Below are positions 11,301 to 22,028 of a DNA stretch of 64,000 nucleotides, in pieces. Numbering within the stretch: position 1 is the stretch's first letter; each line of letters opens with the position of its first letter. The DNA is from an uncultured Acidobacteriota bacterium (lineage in GTDB: Bacteria; Acidobacteriota; Thermoanaerobaculia; Multivoradales; JAHEKO01): contig CAVQNG010000003.1 in NCBI GenBank assembly GCA_963713825.1, positions 1,024,001-1,088,000 of the forward strand, read 5' to 3'. Position numbers and translations under genes: made by a program. The notes under the pieces were generated by a model that was given only the letters and a program-made list of their open reading frames with translations, was not told where the DNA came from and did no database searches.

Positions 11301-12204
11301 CGAAGCTCAGTTGGAGATCACCGCTCAGCTGGGCTTCGCCGATCCGGCTTTGGAGCTCGGACAGGTGGAATGGACCCCCGGAGTGAGTCAGGCTGCCTTG
11401 GACCTGGAAGGAGCCCAGCGAAGGGACGCGGATTCCGGCGGCTGCGAGTGTGATCTCGAGATCGTCTCCCTGGAGACTGAATTCGAGGGCAAGGGTCGGT
11501 GGGTTGGACTGCCTGCTGAGAGTGCCTTCGAGGGTGAGATTGGCGCCGGCGACATCGAGGGCCGCCTCCATTGGAATCGTCGAATCTGAATTGAGGAGAT
11601 CTTCCAGTGTGGGACCCCCAGCCTCGAATCGCAGAGCCGTGTCGTCGAAGCTCCCACGAGCTACGAGCTTCAACGGAGAGGTCCGGGTGATTCCACCGTC
11701 GAGCTCGTCGATCACGAGCCGGTGGTCACCGCCGAGGTCGTCCGTGACATTCACCTGAACCTGGTCGAACTCGAGGATCTTGAGGGCGTCCACCCGATAC
11801 GGGGATTTCGGGCGATCCTCTTGTCCGATCCAGCTCTTCACCAATTCGAGCGTCGGGCGCAGTTGCACCGTCACCTGATCCAGTTTCAGGGAGTCGATGG
11901 AGATATGGCGTTTCAGGAGCGGTATCAACTCGATCTGGAGCTGAGTCGTCTCGACGCTTGCCAGATCTCCCGCTCGCAGGTTTCGGATCTCCACAGTCGG
12001 TTCGAGAGATGTCGTCAGGAAGAGCTCTTCCAGAGTTATTGGAGCTCCGGTGAGGCCGGTCAACTGTGCCTCGAGAAGGCCCTTGAATGGGCTCAGGTTC
12101 AGGGTGGGCTGCAAAAGGAGAAGAAACGCCACGAAGGCGACGACGACAACCACGCAGACCGCAAGAGCGATCACCAGCCGTCGCAGCCATGGATGCTTGG
12201 TCAC
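8301..12204 (-). CDS. AsmA-family lipid-bridge-like protein (apparent +1 indel near 8475)
   Basis: N-terminal TM anchor, repeated beta-groove segments. After ...ADPSIS the alternative frame reads LTKGGFVGTAFRIYMWWLTIYTQVLKKPLPTDGSDIC, a more AsmA-like C-terminus than the called frame. Confidence 0.8.
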
Positions 12205-12232
12205 GGGTTTTGTCTTTCAGCCGCTGACTGTC

Positions 12233-13066
12233 TCAGGCTATCTGGTGGCTACGGTGGGGCGTGAAGGCCTGTGGCAGCAACTCGCCGTGATCCACGATCA
12301 CCACACTCGACTCGGGTATCTCCACCCAGAGATCGGTCAGATCGCTGAAAGGTTCCGACACCACGATCCGGAGATCGTCAGGAAGCTCTCCTACGTCGGG
12401 GTGCAGTTCCTGAATGGCTTCCTTGCTGACGCTGTGAAACAGGGAGCGGGAATTGCCCTCGCTGGAATAGCGAAAGGCCCAGATGCGCTGGCCGTCGCTG
12501 ATACCGAGGGTCATCTGGAGCGGATTCTCGATGCCATGGTTTGCGGCCGCCTCTTCGATACAGCCGGCCATTCTCTCCACTGCTCCGACGACGTCCTTTT
12601 GCATCCCGAACGTGAGAGCCAGATAGAACATGATCTCCGAGTCTGTCGTGCCCTCGATGAGCGGAAAGAGGTCTGGAGCTACTGCCAAAGCCAACTCCCG
12701 GCGCAGACTTCGGAACTGTTCGATGGAGCCGTTGTGCACGAACAGCCAGTTGCCATGGCGAAAGGGATGACAGTTGGTCTGCTGCACCGCCGTGCCGGTA
12801 GCGGCGCGCACATGGGCGAGGAACAAGGGAGACTCGATCTGGGCAGCGAGGTCACGGAGATTGTCGTCGTTCCAGGCCGGTTGCGTTTCGCGGTAGACCC
12901 CGGGTAGATCCCGGCTTCCGTACCAACCGATCCCGAATCCGTCACCGTTGGTTGTGGTATCGCCGCCGTAGGACGACAGACTCTGATCGATCAGCGAGTG
13001 CTTCGGCTTGAAGATCAGCTCTTCGAGGAACAAGGGGGCTCCAGAATAGGCCAGCCAACGACACAT
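12233..13066 (-). CDS. Class II glutamine amidotransferase (EgtC/YafJ-like)
   Basis: N-terminal nucleophile MCRW, NGDGFGIGWY, AHVRAAT, NCHPF, HNG, GTTDSE. Confidence 0.92.
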   Translation of the reverse strand: MCRWLAYSGAPLFLEELIFKPKHSLIDQSLSSYGGDTTTNGDGFGIGWYGSRDLPGVYRETQPAWNDDNLRDLAAQIESPLFLAHVRAATGTAVQQTNCHPFRHGNWLFVHNGSIEQFRSLRRELALAVAPDLFPLIEGTTDSEIMFYLALTFGMQKDVVGAVERMAGCIEEAAANHGIENPLQMTLGISDGQRIWAFRYSSEGNSRSLFHSVSKEAIQELHPDVGELPDDLRIVVSEPFSDLTDLWVEIPESSVVIVDHGELLPQAFTPHRSHQIA

Positions 13067-13140
13067 GGTGCTACCTCCTCGGCCAGGGATTTACCAGCAA
13101 CACGATTCTACAGAGTCGGCACGGATCGAGGGCCTAGACG

Positions 13141-14766
13141 ATGAGTGATAATGCTCGGATGAAGAACAATCCCTACCAAGTCCTGGGCCCCACAGTGCCG
13201 CCCTTGCTCGGACGTCGGGATCTGATCGAAAGGGTGCGCGCCCACCTCGACAAAGAGCGCCCCGAGCACGTCTCGGTCATGGGGCCGGCTCTGTATGGCA
13301 AGAGCGTGTTGCTTCAGGAGATAGCCAGGATCTACGCGGAGGACCAGCCAGGGTATCTGGGAGCGGCCTACTTCGATCTGCGGCGGCGGACTCCGCTGAC
13401 CGATGACGAGCTGCGCGAGAGGTTCGCCGAGAAGCTGTCGACAGCAGTGGAGCAGTCCTGGCCCGAAGGTGCCGAGCTACTTCGATTCGATGACGTGGAG
13501 ATCAGCGAACGCCTCAGTCTGGTGGCTCGCGAGCTCGCGAAAACCGAGGACGCGGTGCTGATGGTCATGGATGGTTTTGACGATGTGCTGGCCAACCCCG
13601 GCATCACCGCCGAGATCTGGGACGGTCTGCTGCGAATCGCCTCGGAGCCGGTTCTGCGCTATGTGACCGGCAGTCGACTCCCCCTGCGGGAGCTGTGTCG
13701 AACCGAAGAATCACGCACCTCGGATTTCTGGGAGATCTTCCACGACGCCCCGGTCATCGTCGGCTGCCTGGATGAGAGCGATTGGGAGGCCTTTCTCTCG
13801 CCGTTCGAGCAAGGGGGAGTCACACTCGACAAGGCGGCTCGCCAGCGGCTTCAGTACTGGACCGGGAGTATTCCGATTCTGCTGACGGCCCTTCTGCAGT
13901 CGACGTGGGAGGGGGCCGAGCCCGGAGCAACAGTAGCCGGTGAGGACGTGGATCGATTGGCCGAGCGCCTCATGCAAGGTCGGCGACAGCTCCTCGCCGC
14001 TGTGTGGGAAGAGTGCACCGCGGAAATGAAGACGGATCTCGCAGACCTGAGCCGTGGCGAGTTGCGGGTCAGGGCGGTTCCGGAGTCGCGTTTACGGCGC
14101 CTGGAGCGTAGGGGGTTCGTCCGACGAGAAGGCAAGCGGATCGTCTCCGCTTGTGGCCTCATGGAACGGTTCGTAGAGCAGGAGTCGGCGGGTGTGAGTA
14201 GCCTGCAGCGAGTCTTCGGAGATGCCGAACTGTTCCAACAGAACGTTCGCATGCTTCTCGAGGTTCGCTTGGCGCAGGTTCCGATAGCGGATCCGACACT
14301 CCACGGCTACGTCGAGCAGGCGATCCGGCATCTGCAACCGGAGCCGCGCCACTCGACCGTTTGGGTGAGGAGCATCGCGGACCGGGCGCTCGATCTCATC
14401 TGGGAGCGGGAGCTCAGGGATGGAGTCACCCTCCCCGAGTCGTGGATCATCGCCTGGCAACGGGCCGGAATTCAGCATCTTCCCGACGACGGCCATGGCC
14501 GAGTGCCTTCCGAGCGAGGCCGGCAGCTGCGGCTACTGCGCTACGCCACCGGCTCTGGTGTCGGAGGTCGCTCCCTGAAGCGGCTGACGAGATGGGTGAC
14601 GAAGCCGACGGCATTGCTCGTCGATCACCTGCAATCGGTGGGGAACTTCGGCCAGCACCAGGATGACGAAGTCACGTCTTCGTTTGCGGTGTCGACCTGC
14701 AACTCGGCGATCGCTCTCTGTGAGAGCCTGGCTGGTGATCTGAGAATCGAAGCCGACAAACCATGA
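13141..14766 (+). CDS. STAND-like P-loop ATPase with putative C-terminal DUF4145/HEPN-like helical domain
   Basis: NPY N-terminal motif, Walker A GPALYGKS, Walker B LMVMDGFD, VTGSR, TGSIP (GxP-like); C-terminal LQSVGNFGQH. Start may be 13159. Confidence 0.7.
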   Translation: MSDNARMKNNPYQVLGPTVPPLLGRRDLIERVRAHLDKERPEHVSVMGPALYGKSVLLQEIARIYAEDQPGYLGAAYFDLRRRTPLTDDELRERFAEKLSTAVEQSWPEGAELLRFDDVEISERLSLVARELAKTEDAVLMVMDGFDDVLANPGITAEIWDGLLRIASEPVLRYVTGSRLPLRELCRTEESRTSDFWEIFHDAPVIVGCLDESDWEAFLSPFEQGGVTLDKAARQRLQYWTGSIPILLTALLQSTWEGAEPGATVAGEDVDRLAERLMQGRRQLLAAVWEECTAEMKTDLADLSRGELRVRAVPESRLRRLERRGFVRREGKRIVSACGLMERFVEQESAGVSSLQRVFGDAELFQQNVRMLLEVRLAQVPIADPTLHGYVEQAIRHLQPEPRHSTVWVRSIADRALDLIWERELRDGVTLPESWIIAWQRAGIQHLPDDGHGRVPSERGRQLRLLRYATGSGVGGRSLKRLTRWVTKPTALLVDHLQSVGNFGQHQDDEVTSSFAVSTCNSAIALCESLAGDLRIEADKP

Positions 14767-15401
14767 TGTTGACAGAAAGAGGGAGTGCCTGGGGGGACAT
14801 CGTGGCGATGACCGCCGTGCTCCTGTCCTACATGTGGCTCTGGCAGCGGACCTTTGCTGGAGAGTTGTTCGTTTGCATAGCTCTGGTGGTAGGGCTGGCA
14901 GTTTGGAGCCATTGGCGCCGGGGCGAGACTCCACGCGACCTTGGGTTTAGGACCGACAATCTGGCTCCAGCCGCGATCAAGGTCTTTTCCTTTGTCGGTC
15001 CCTTGATTGTCTTCATCCTGATCGGTGGTGTTGCGCTGGGCACCTTTCGCGTCCCGGCCCGGGACGAGTTCTTGGCCAGACTGATTGTCTTGCCGCTGTT
15101 TGGCCTGGGACAGCAATACCTGCTGCTTGGTTTCTATCTGCGCCGATACGAGGAGGCGCTACCTGGAGAGCGACTGCCGATCTTGGCAACGGCCCTGACC
15201 TTCTCCCTTCTACACCTGCCGAACAGCTTTTTGGTCGGCGCGACCTTTCTGATTGGACTCGGTTCGTGTTGGCTCTACGGCCGGGCCAGGAATCTCTGGG
15301 TCCTGGGCCTTGCCCATGGCCTGCTGTCCCTGGCCTTTTCGGTCTCGATCTCCAAGAGCCTCGCCTCCGGAATGAAGGTTGGGTCGAGAGCGCTGAAGTG
15401 A
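14763..15401 (+). CDS. CPBP (CAAX/Abi-type) intramembrane protease-like protein, EE->QQ variant
   Basis: Multi-TM, DLGFR, GQQYLLLGF in place of EExxxR, FSLLH, AHGLL; ATGA overlap with upstream gene. Confidence 0.8.
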   Translation: MMLTERGSAWGDIVAMTAVLLSYMWLWQRTFAGELFVCIALVVGLAVWSHWRRGETPRDLGFRTDNLAPAAIKVFSFVGPLIVFILIGGVALGTFRVPARDEFLARLIVLPLFGLGQQYLLLGFYLRRYEEALPGERLPILATALTFSLLHLPNSFLVGATFLIGLGSCWLYGRARNLWVLGLAHGLLSLAFSVSISKSLASGMKVGSRALK

Positions 15402-15450
15402 GGCAGTGAAGCAGTGAGGCACTGAGGCAGTGAGGCAGTGAGGCAGTGAG
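15398..15450 (+). repeat. Octamer tandem array (GTGAGGCA) x6.5
   Basis: gtgaggca gtgaagca gtgaggca ctgaggca gtgaggca gtgaggca gtgag; first unit contains the TGA stop. Confidence 0.95.
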
Positions 15451-15456
15451 AGGGAA

Positions 15457-15488
15457 TAAGGGCGTAAGGGCTTAGGGGCGTAGGGGAT
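15457..15488 (+). repeat. Octamer tandem array TA(A/G)GGGC(G/T) x4
   Basis: taagggcg taagggct taggggcg taggggat. Confidence 0.9.
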
Positions 15489-15502
15489 AGAAAGCCCGTG
15501 GG

Positions 15503-15529
15503 TGAAGCGGCCGGTGCCCCTGCCGGCCG
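15503..15529 (+). repeat. REP-like family 2 hairpin
   Basis: TGAAGCGGCCGG-tgcccctg-CCGGCCG, 26/27 identical to 52690-52716. Confidence 0.85.
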
Positions 15530-15550
15530 TTTGTCCGTCTAACTGAGAAG

Positions 15551-15730
15551 TCGTCGCGTGGAGGTCCGTCCGCGTGGTCCGCAAGGGGACGGCGTCGTCC
15601 ACTCAGACTTTGATGAATGAGCCGCCACCTGCGCTCTCCGGCGCGCCGGATCTGTCGTGCACTTCGACGACTCTTGCGCTGCGCTTGTCGAGAGCCCCCC
15701 TGCGGACCACCCGAACGAACCTCTGGCACC
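15551..15730 (-). ncRNA. Putative structured RNA/ssDNA element, copy A
   Basis: Reverse complement aligns end to end with 34371-34546, with a long terminal stem and covarying inner stems. Confidence 0.65.
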
Positions 15731-16138
15731 ATTAGAGGCTAACGACCGCCAGGGCCGCCCCCACGATGAGTTCCTGGCGGGCTCAGATCGAGCAAGGGGT
15801 CTCCTTCGTCGGAGGGGCATGGTTGGGCAGGTCGCTGGTGCTTTCAGGCGGCTCGACATTGCTGGCGCCCACCGAAGACGGACCGGCGGTCATCAAGAGT
15901 AGCGTCAGGACCCAGAGTGTTGGGCGCACTGTCGCGATGCTACTCACCCCCTGTAGCTCGATCAACGAGAGGCTTGGCGCCCGGGGCAATGATCTTGGCG
16001 CCCGTAGCTATCTCTATCTTCGGTGATCTTCGCGAAACTGGAGTCAGTGGAGCTCGCTCTTTTCCCGGAACCTTGACCCTCGGCACGAGGCTAGGCCGGG
16101 GTGTTCCTTGTGGAGAGAGCGATCGAGGAGGTCTAGTA

Positions 16139-16735
16139 ATGGCGAATCAATGGTCCAAGAAAGCCAGTGGGAGCGAGGATTCGACAGCGCCACTTGGCGA
16201 CTCGGGCGAAAGCAACGAGCAAGCTCAATCCCGGTCAAGCGATCCAGTCGTTGTTGGTCTGTGCAGGGGGATGGTTGGTCTCAGCCTTGCTCTGCTCGTT
16301 GGTCTCATGACTTTGGCCTGGGTCCTGTTGCGCAGTGACATCGATTGGGACGCGTCGGTGGTCAAGGCGAGCCGTCGCGAGGCTCTTGTGGAAGCCTCCG
16401 ATGAGCCATCCAACGGTGAGGCGGCGACTGCGACAGCAGGCGTGATTCGGTTCGATTCGAGCCGATTGAATAGTGAGGGCCTGGTGGGCCCTCCTGACGG
16501 ACTGCGTGCGTTGAGCTACGAGTTCTGCATTCCGGCTGTCGAATCCCATGTCAGTGAGGTCGAGTCGATCGATTCGACGATTACGATTCAGCGCAGCTCG
16601 CCAGGCAGGATCGGCTGCGGGTCGGATGAGTATCTGGCGATCGGTAGCACCCACCAACCCGGGTTCCGGGAGGTTCTGGATCGACTCAGTCGCCTTCCCT
16701 ATGTGAACGAGATCCAAGAAGCCCATTTCGAGTAG
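16139..16735 (+). CDS. Membrane-anchored conserved hypothetical protein
   Basis: GAGGAGG SD before ATG 16139; one TM; compact C-terminal domain (GPPDGLRALSYEFCIP...SPGRIGC...GSTHQ). Confidence 0.7.
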   Translation: MANQWSKKASGSEDSTAPLGDSGESNEQAQSRSSDPVVVGLCRGMVGLSLALLVGLMTLAWVLLRSDIDWDASVVKASRREALVEASDEPSNGEAATATAGVIRFDSSRLNSEGLVGPPDGLRALSYEFCIPAVESHVSEVESIDSTITIQRSSPGRIGCGSDEYLAIGSTHQPGFREVLDRLSRLPYVNEIQEAHFE

Positions 16736-16839
16736 ATCTGCTGGTCCTTTCCTCTATCTTCTGAGCCGCTAACGGTCGCCTCTCACCGGGCCTCTTTGCG
16801 GAGTAGCCGGGTGCTACGATTGGCCCTCTTAAGAGGATT

Positions 16840-19768
16840 ATGGTGAGAGGCAATTCGGGATCCATTCCAACTCGGTCTTGGGGAGTTCTGCCGACTCTCC
16901 TCGCCCTAGGCCTGCTCTGTTCAGGCTCCATTCAGGCTCAGTTGAGGCCGCTTGCCCCGCAGCCTACCGAAGGGTGGCTGGTTATCGGCGACTTCACAGG
17001 CTCGGCCGACGTCGGTCTCAGGAGCCTGGTGAGCAACTGGTTCTTCGAGTACGAGCGAGGCGACAGTCTGTATCGGGACATGGGAGATCTCGGTGTCGGA
17101 ATCGGCGGCGATATCGGAGACGTGAGAGCGAACCTCAACTGGTACTTCCGGCGGCGGGTAGCGAGGTCGCAGGAAGTCAAGCCAGCCGGCTCGATGATTA
17201 CGGGCCAGGACATCTCCTACCTGAGCAATATCAATACCTCGCGGCTTCGACTGCGAGCCGACTGGAACTACCTCGAGAACACTGACGAATGGGCCTCCGT
17301 AGGTGTGCGAACCGAGGGTGGCTTTTCCGTGACGATGGCTCGCAAGCGTCAGCCCACGATCCATCTTCCCGAGTCCATACCTACCGAGGACCTCGATTCT
17401 CCATGGGCGGAATTCAAGGAGTTCTTCGTCGAGGAAGACGTCAATCTGCAGGAGAACAACGTCGTCTACGTCGGGGTGGGTTCCATGGCGGCGGTGGTGG
17501 ATGGTGCGGCGGCGGCCGCCGGCAATCGTTTCGCGAATACCGAGCACGCCGCAGTTTATTGGGACGAGTACTCCCGCCCCATGATGCTCTTCCCGGAGAC
17601 CGGAATCCCGGTCAAGCTGAGCGTCTTCACCGGTGACGATCCGACCCTGGCGGTCGGGGACTCCCTCAGGTTCTTGACGTTTGTGGGCCTTTCGCCGCTC
17701 GCCGCAGGAGTGGATCGATATGGAGTCCGGTTGGGGTATCAGCGGTATCTCCGGCTGTTGCGGGAAACAACAGTGGTCAAGGAGCCCGATGGCGAGGTAC
17801 TGGTCCGAGTTCGGGATTGGCGGGGCAATGGGAATGAGCTGACGCCCTTCAAGTACCGCCCCGAGGTCCGACTCTGGATCATCAGGCTCGGCTACACGTT
17901 CTTCGAATCGGTCGTCGATCGCTATCGGGAGAGAGTCTCCGATGTCACGTATCGCATCGATCTCGAGAGCGAGGCGGGGCTGGAGAGCTTCAAGCAGCTG
18001 CTCAAGAAGGGCGCCCGGGTGCGGGTGACTCCAGAGGTTCCGGGAGCCGAGCCGGAAGCCGAAGATGGTGTCGAGACTCTGTACACGGAGCTCGACCGCG
18101 GCAAAACCTATAACGCCCGGGTCAGAGCAAACTTCTTCGCCTGGTTCAACTATCACCTGCGGCAGTTGGGCAACACCCGCCGCATCGTGACCCGGGACGC
18201 TGAGTTCCGGGAGATCACGCGAGGTCGGATGAAGGACTTCTACAACGTGATCACGCAGAAGCGCAACGCGAAGCTGCGATCGGTGATCCGCGTCCAGTCC
18301 GACATCAACTGGTTCGACACAGAAGTCGCCGATGTCGCGCGAGAGGACGAGCGGTTGGCCACGACGATTACCACCAATATTTCATTGGGTTTTGCGAGTC
18401 AGGCAGAGGTGCGGACGTTGGTGAAGGGCGTCGGGGCGATCCTGGGCCTGAAGGAACTGGATCCGGCTCTGGGTGAGTTGATGCTTCGCAAGGTGGATGA
18501 CAGAACAGAGTTCGCTCTCGATATGGTCGTGAGCTTTGGGCCGAAAGAAATCAGCAGATTCGAAGGGGTTGCCGAGGACGACGTCTGGAGAGCGCTGGCG
18601 GAGCTCCTGTTGGGTCCCGAGCACGGGGAGGCCTGGGCGACTGCAACCGCTCGTCACTGGTGGGAACCTGGTGCTCCTGCCTATGTGGGGCCGCAGCCCT
18701 CGGTACGCCACATCGGCCTCTACTACGACAGTGTGCGAGGCTACGAGAAACCCCCCGCAGGGAATCGGTTCTTCGATCCGCAGTACAAGAGGAGCCAGAA
18801 GCTATACAGGATGGCGAAGAAGGCCGTGCGGAAATTCGATCGGTTGAAGGCAGCCTTCGGCGAGGAGAGTGACTGCCTCCAATGCCTGATCGACGGCTAT
18901 GCCACGGAGCTCGACTTCTACCTGATGCAGGCCTTGGCAGTTCGCTTTGGCGGCGGAGTCGAGGGAGGCGGCGTGGGTTTCGAATTCCGGTTCCTGCTCG
19001 GGGATATGACCAAACCCGTTGGTGGTTCCAACGATGTTCTGCACGGGTTTCATCTCGATTCGGCCGAGATCGTTCCAAACACCGAGACCATCCGTGATTC
19101 GCCTCCCCGCATCCGGAATGGGCAGGCCCTGCTCAACGTCATCTGGCTCCGAGCCGGAGTTGCAGGTGGCCAATGCTCCCTGCTGGAAGATCCGCCTTTT
19201 CAGCGACTACCTGTTTGCCGACGACCTGAGAGTCAGGTTGCAGGGGAGGAGATCCAAGAAGATCAAGAAAGACGAGACCCTGGTCACGCTTCTCCTCCCA
19301 CTCGGGAAGCCGAATCCCATCGAGGAGCTGCCCGAGATCGAGTTGGCCAGGGAGCTCTTCGACCCTCGGACCAAGATGAGTCTGAGCAGTGAGTATGCCG
19401 TCGGGCGAAACTACTCGGAGCATCTGGGAGGCGATGCTTCATGGGCCTCGGAGATGGAGCTGCCCGAGTACTTCTATGAGATCGACGTCCCCCCGGTAGA
19501 AGAATCGACTCTCGAGCAGGACTACACCGTCTTGCTCCGTGTCGTGAACACAATCGGTTTGCCAGTCACGGAGGAACAGGAGATTCGCCTACGAGTTCCC
19601 GAGGATTGGGCGGGGGAGGTTCCTGAGCATTGCGGGCTGCAGGTGATAGCCGCCACTTCAGGGCGAGCAAGGATGGCTCCCCAAGATCCCTCCCCTAATA
19701 CCCTAAGCCCTTCCTCAGTCGAGTGTGTCCATCTACTGCGCGGCCAACGGCGGTTCGAAGCGTCGTAG
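16840..19768 (+). CDS. Large exported hypothetical protein, ~975 aa (apparent indel near 19143 joins ORFs 16840-19392 and 19019-19768)
   Basis: AAGAGGA SD, signal peptide; protein-like composition switches frame at [12 protein letters not shown]; 3' end uncertain because it overlaps the copA stop. Confidence 0.65.
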
Positions 19769-21999
19769 TCGTAGGCTATTGGTGACGACAAAGATGCTGG
19801 ACACGCTCATGGCTGCCGCTGCGAGCATCGGACTCAGCAGGACTCCCAACCAGGGGTAGAGGACTCCAGCCGCCAGCGGGATCAGCGCCACGTTATACGC
19901 ATAGGCCCAGAAGAAGTTGCCAAGGATGGTGCGAAAAGTCTTCGTGCCAAGGCGACGGCATTAACGATACCGCGCAGATCACCGGACATGAGGATCACTT
20001 CGCCGGCCTCGATCGCGATGTCGGTGCCGGTGCCGATAGCGATTCCGACGTCGGCCTGGGCCAGGGCCGGAGCATCATTGATGCCGTCGCCGACAAAGGC
20101 GACCCGATTTCCGTTGGCCTGCAGCCGCTTCACCTCTTCGGCCTTCTGCCCCGGCAGTACCTCTGAGAGTATCCGGTCGATTCCGGCCCGGCGAGCGACG
20201 GCCTTGGCGGTGCGGTCGTTGTCTCCGGTGACCATGGCGACCTGGATTCGCGAGTCTCGAAGTGCCTTCACAGCTTCTGCGCTGCCTTCCTTGAGGGAGT
20301 CCGCGACTGCCAGCACGGCGGCGAGCTCTCCGTCCACAGCGGCGTACAAGGGGGTCTTGGCCTCGTCGGCAAGCTCCTCGGCGATGGTGCCGGCAGCGGT
20401 CAGGTCGACACCGAGTTGCTCCATGTAGCGATCGGCGCCTATATGGATATTGTGTCCCTCGATTCTGGCCTCGAGGCCAAAGCCAGGCTCGGCCTGGAAG
20501 GAATCGGGCCGAGTCCACCGTAGCCCGCGCCGCCGGGCGGCCGCGACGATGGCCTGGGCGATGGGGTGCTCGCTCTGCTCCTCGGCGGCCGCCACCCAGG
20601 CCAGGACTTCCTCTTCAGTGTGGCCGAAAGCGGTCAGATCGGTGAGCTCCGGCCGGCCCCTCGTCAGCGTACCCGTCTTGTCCAGGACAACGATGTCGAC
20701 CTTGGCCAGGGTTTCGAGGGCGGCTCCCCGCCGGAAGAGAACCCCCATCTCGGCACCCCTTCCGGTGCCGACCATGATCGCTGTAGGCGTAGCCAGGCCC
20801 ATCGCGCAAGGGCAGGCGATGACCAGCACGCTGACCGCCGCCACGAAGGCATAGTTGAGAGATGGAGTCGGGCCGAACATCAGCCAGAGGCCGAAGGTCA
20901 GTGCCGCGATAGCGATGACCACCGGGACGAAAACACCGGCGATGCGGTCTGCGAGGCGCTGGATCGGAGGCTTGCCGGCTTGGGCCTCCTGCACAAGGCG
21001 GATGATCTGAGCCAGGACCGTGTCGGCGCCTACGCGGGTGGCCTGAAAGAGGAATGCGCCAGTGCCATTGATCGTGCCGCCGACCACCTCCGACCCGAGC
21101 CCCTTTTCCACCGGCACCGGTTCGCCCGAGATCATGCTCTCGTCGACGAAGCTCGTGCCCTCCGTGACCTGGCCGTCGACGGCGATCTTCTCTCCAGGTC
21201 TGACCTGGACCACATCTCCAGGGACCACCGCTTCGATTGGGACCTCTATCGTCTCGCCACCCCGAATCACTCGTGCCGTCTTGACCTGCAGCCGCATGAG
21301 TTTGCGAATGGCATCCGAGGTGCGACCCTTGGCTCGGGCCTCCAGGAACCTCCCGAACAGGATGAGCGTGATGATGACTGCCGCTGCCTCGAAGTAGAGG
21401 TTGGCGGTCCCTACCGGGAAGAATTGAGGCGCGAGGACAGCGAGCAGGGAGTAGAAATAGGCCGCGGAGCTACCTATCATGACCAGCGAGCTCATCCCAG
21501 GGCTGCCGTGGCGGATCTCGGCCCAGCCTTGCGTGTAGAAGCGTCGCCCAGCAACGAACTGAACGGGTGTTGCCAATAGGAGCTCGATCCAGTGCCACGC
21601 GTTGGCCGGCAGCACGGACAACATCAACTCCTCGAGACCGGGCACCAACATGGGCCCCATGGAGACCGCGAGCAGGGGTAGCGTCAGGGCCGCAGCCAGA
21701 CGCAGATCGCGCAGCAGGTCGCGATGATCCTCCTCGCGAACCGACCTCTCTTCGTCGGCCGTGTCGGGTATCTCGACTGGTACGTAGCCCGCTTTGGTGA
21801 TGGCTTCCTGAATCTGCTGTGGTCCGACTTGCTCGGGCAGGAAGTCGATCGTCGCGCTCTCGGTAGCCAGGTTGACGGTTGCCGACTCGATGCCGGGCTG
21901 CTTTTCGAGGGTACGCTCCACCCGGGCCACGCAGGCGGCGCAGGTCATGCCCCGGATTCCTATCTGGAGCCTGTCGGCTATGGTTTTGCTCTGTGCCAT
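19733..21999 (-). CDS. copA: Cu(I)-translocating P1B ATPase (apparent indel near 19940)
   Basis: GMTCAAC HMA domain, CPC, DKTGT, HP, GDGIND; shifted frame continues [18 protein letters not shown]...MSVSS to TAG at 19733. Confidence 0.95.
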
Positions 22000-22028
22000 G
22001 GCGATGGTGCTTACTAGCTCTACTTCAG

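Noticed and set aside
15398-15488. Tandem repeats as a CRISPR array
   Set aside because: Units are 7-8 bp with no spacers, and there are no cas genes in the window
15741-15989. Second selenoprotein (PCSI-TGA, CxxU) on the minus strand
   Set aside because: A TAA follows shortly after the TGA and there is no recognisable redox fold; a GC hairpin after TGA is weak evidence in GC-rich DNA
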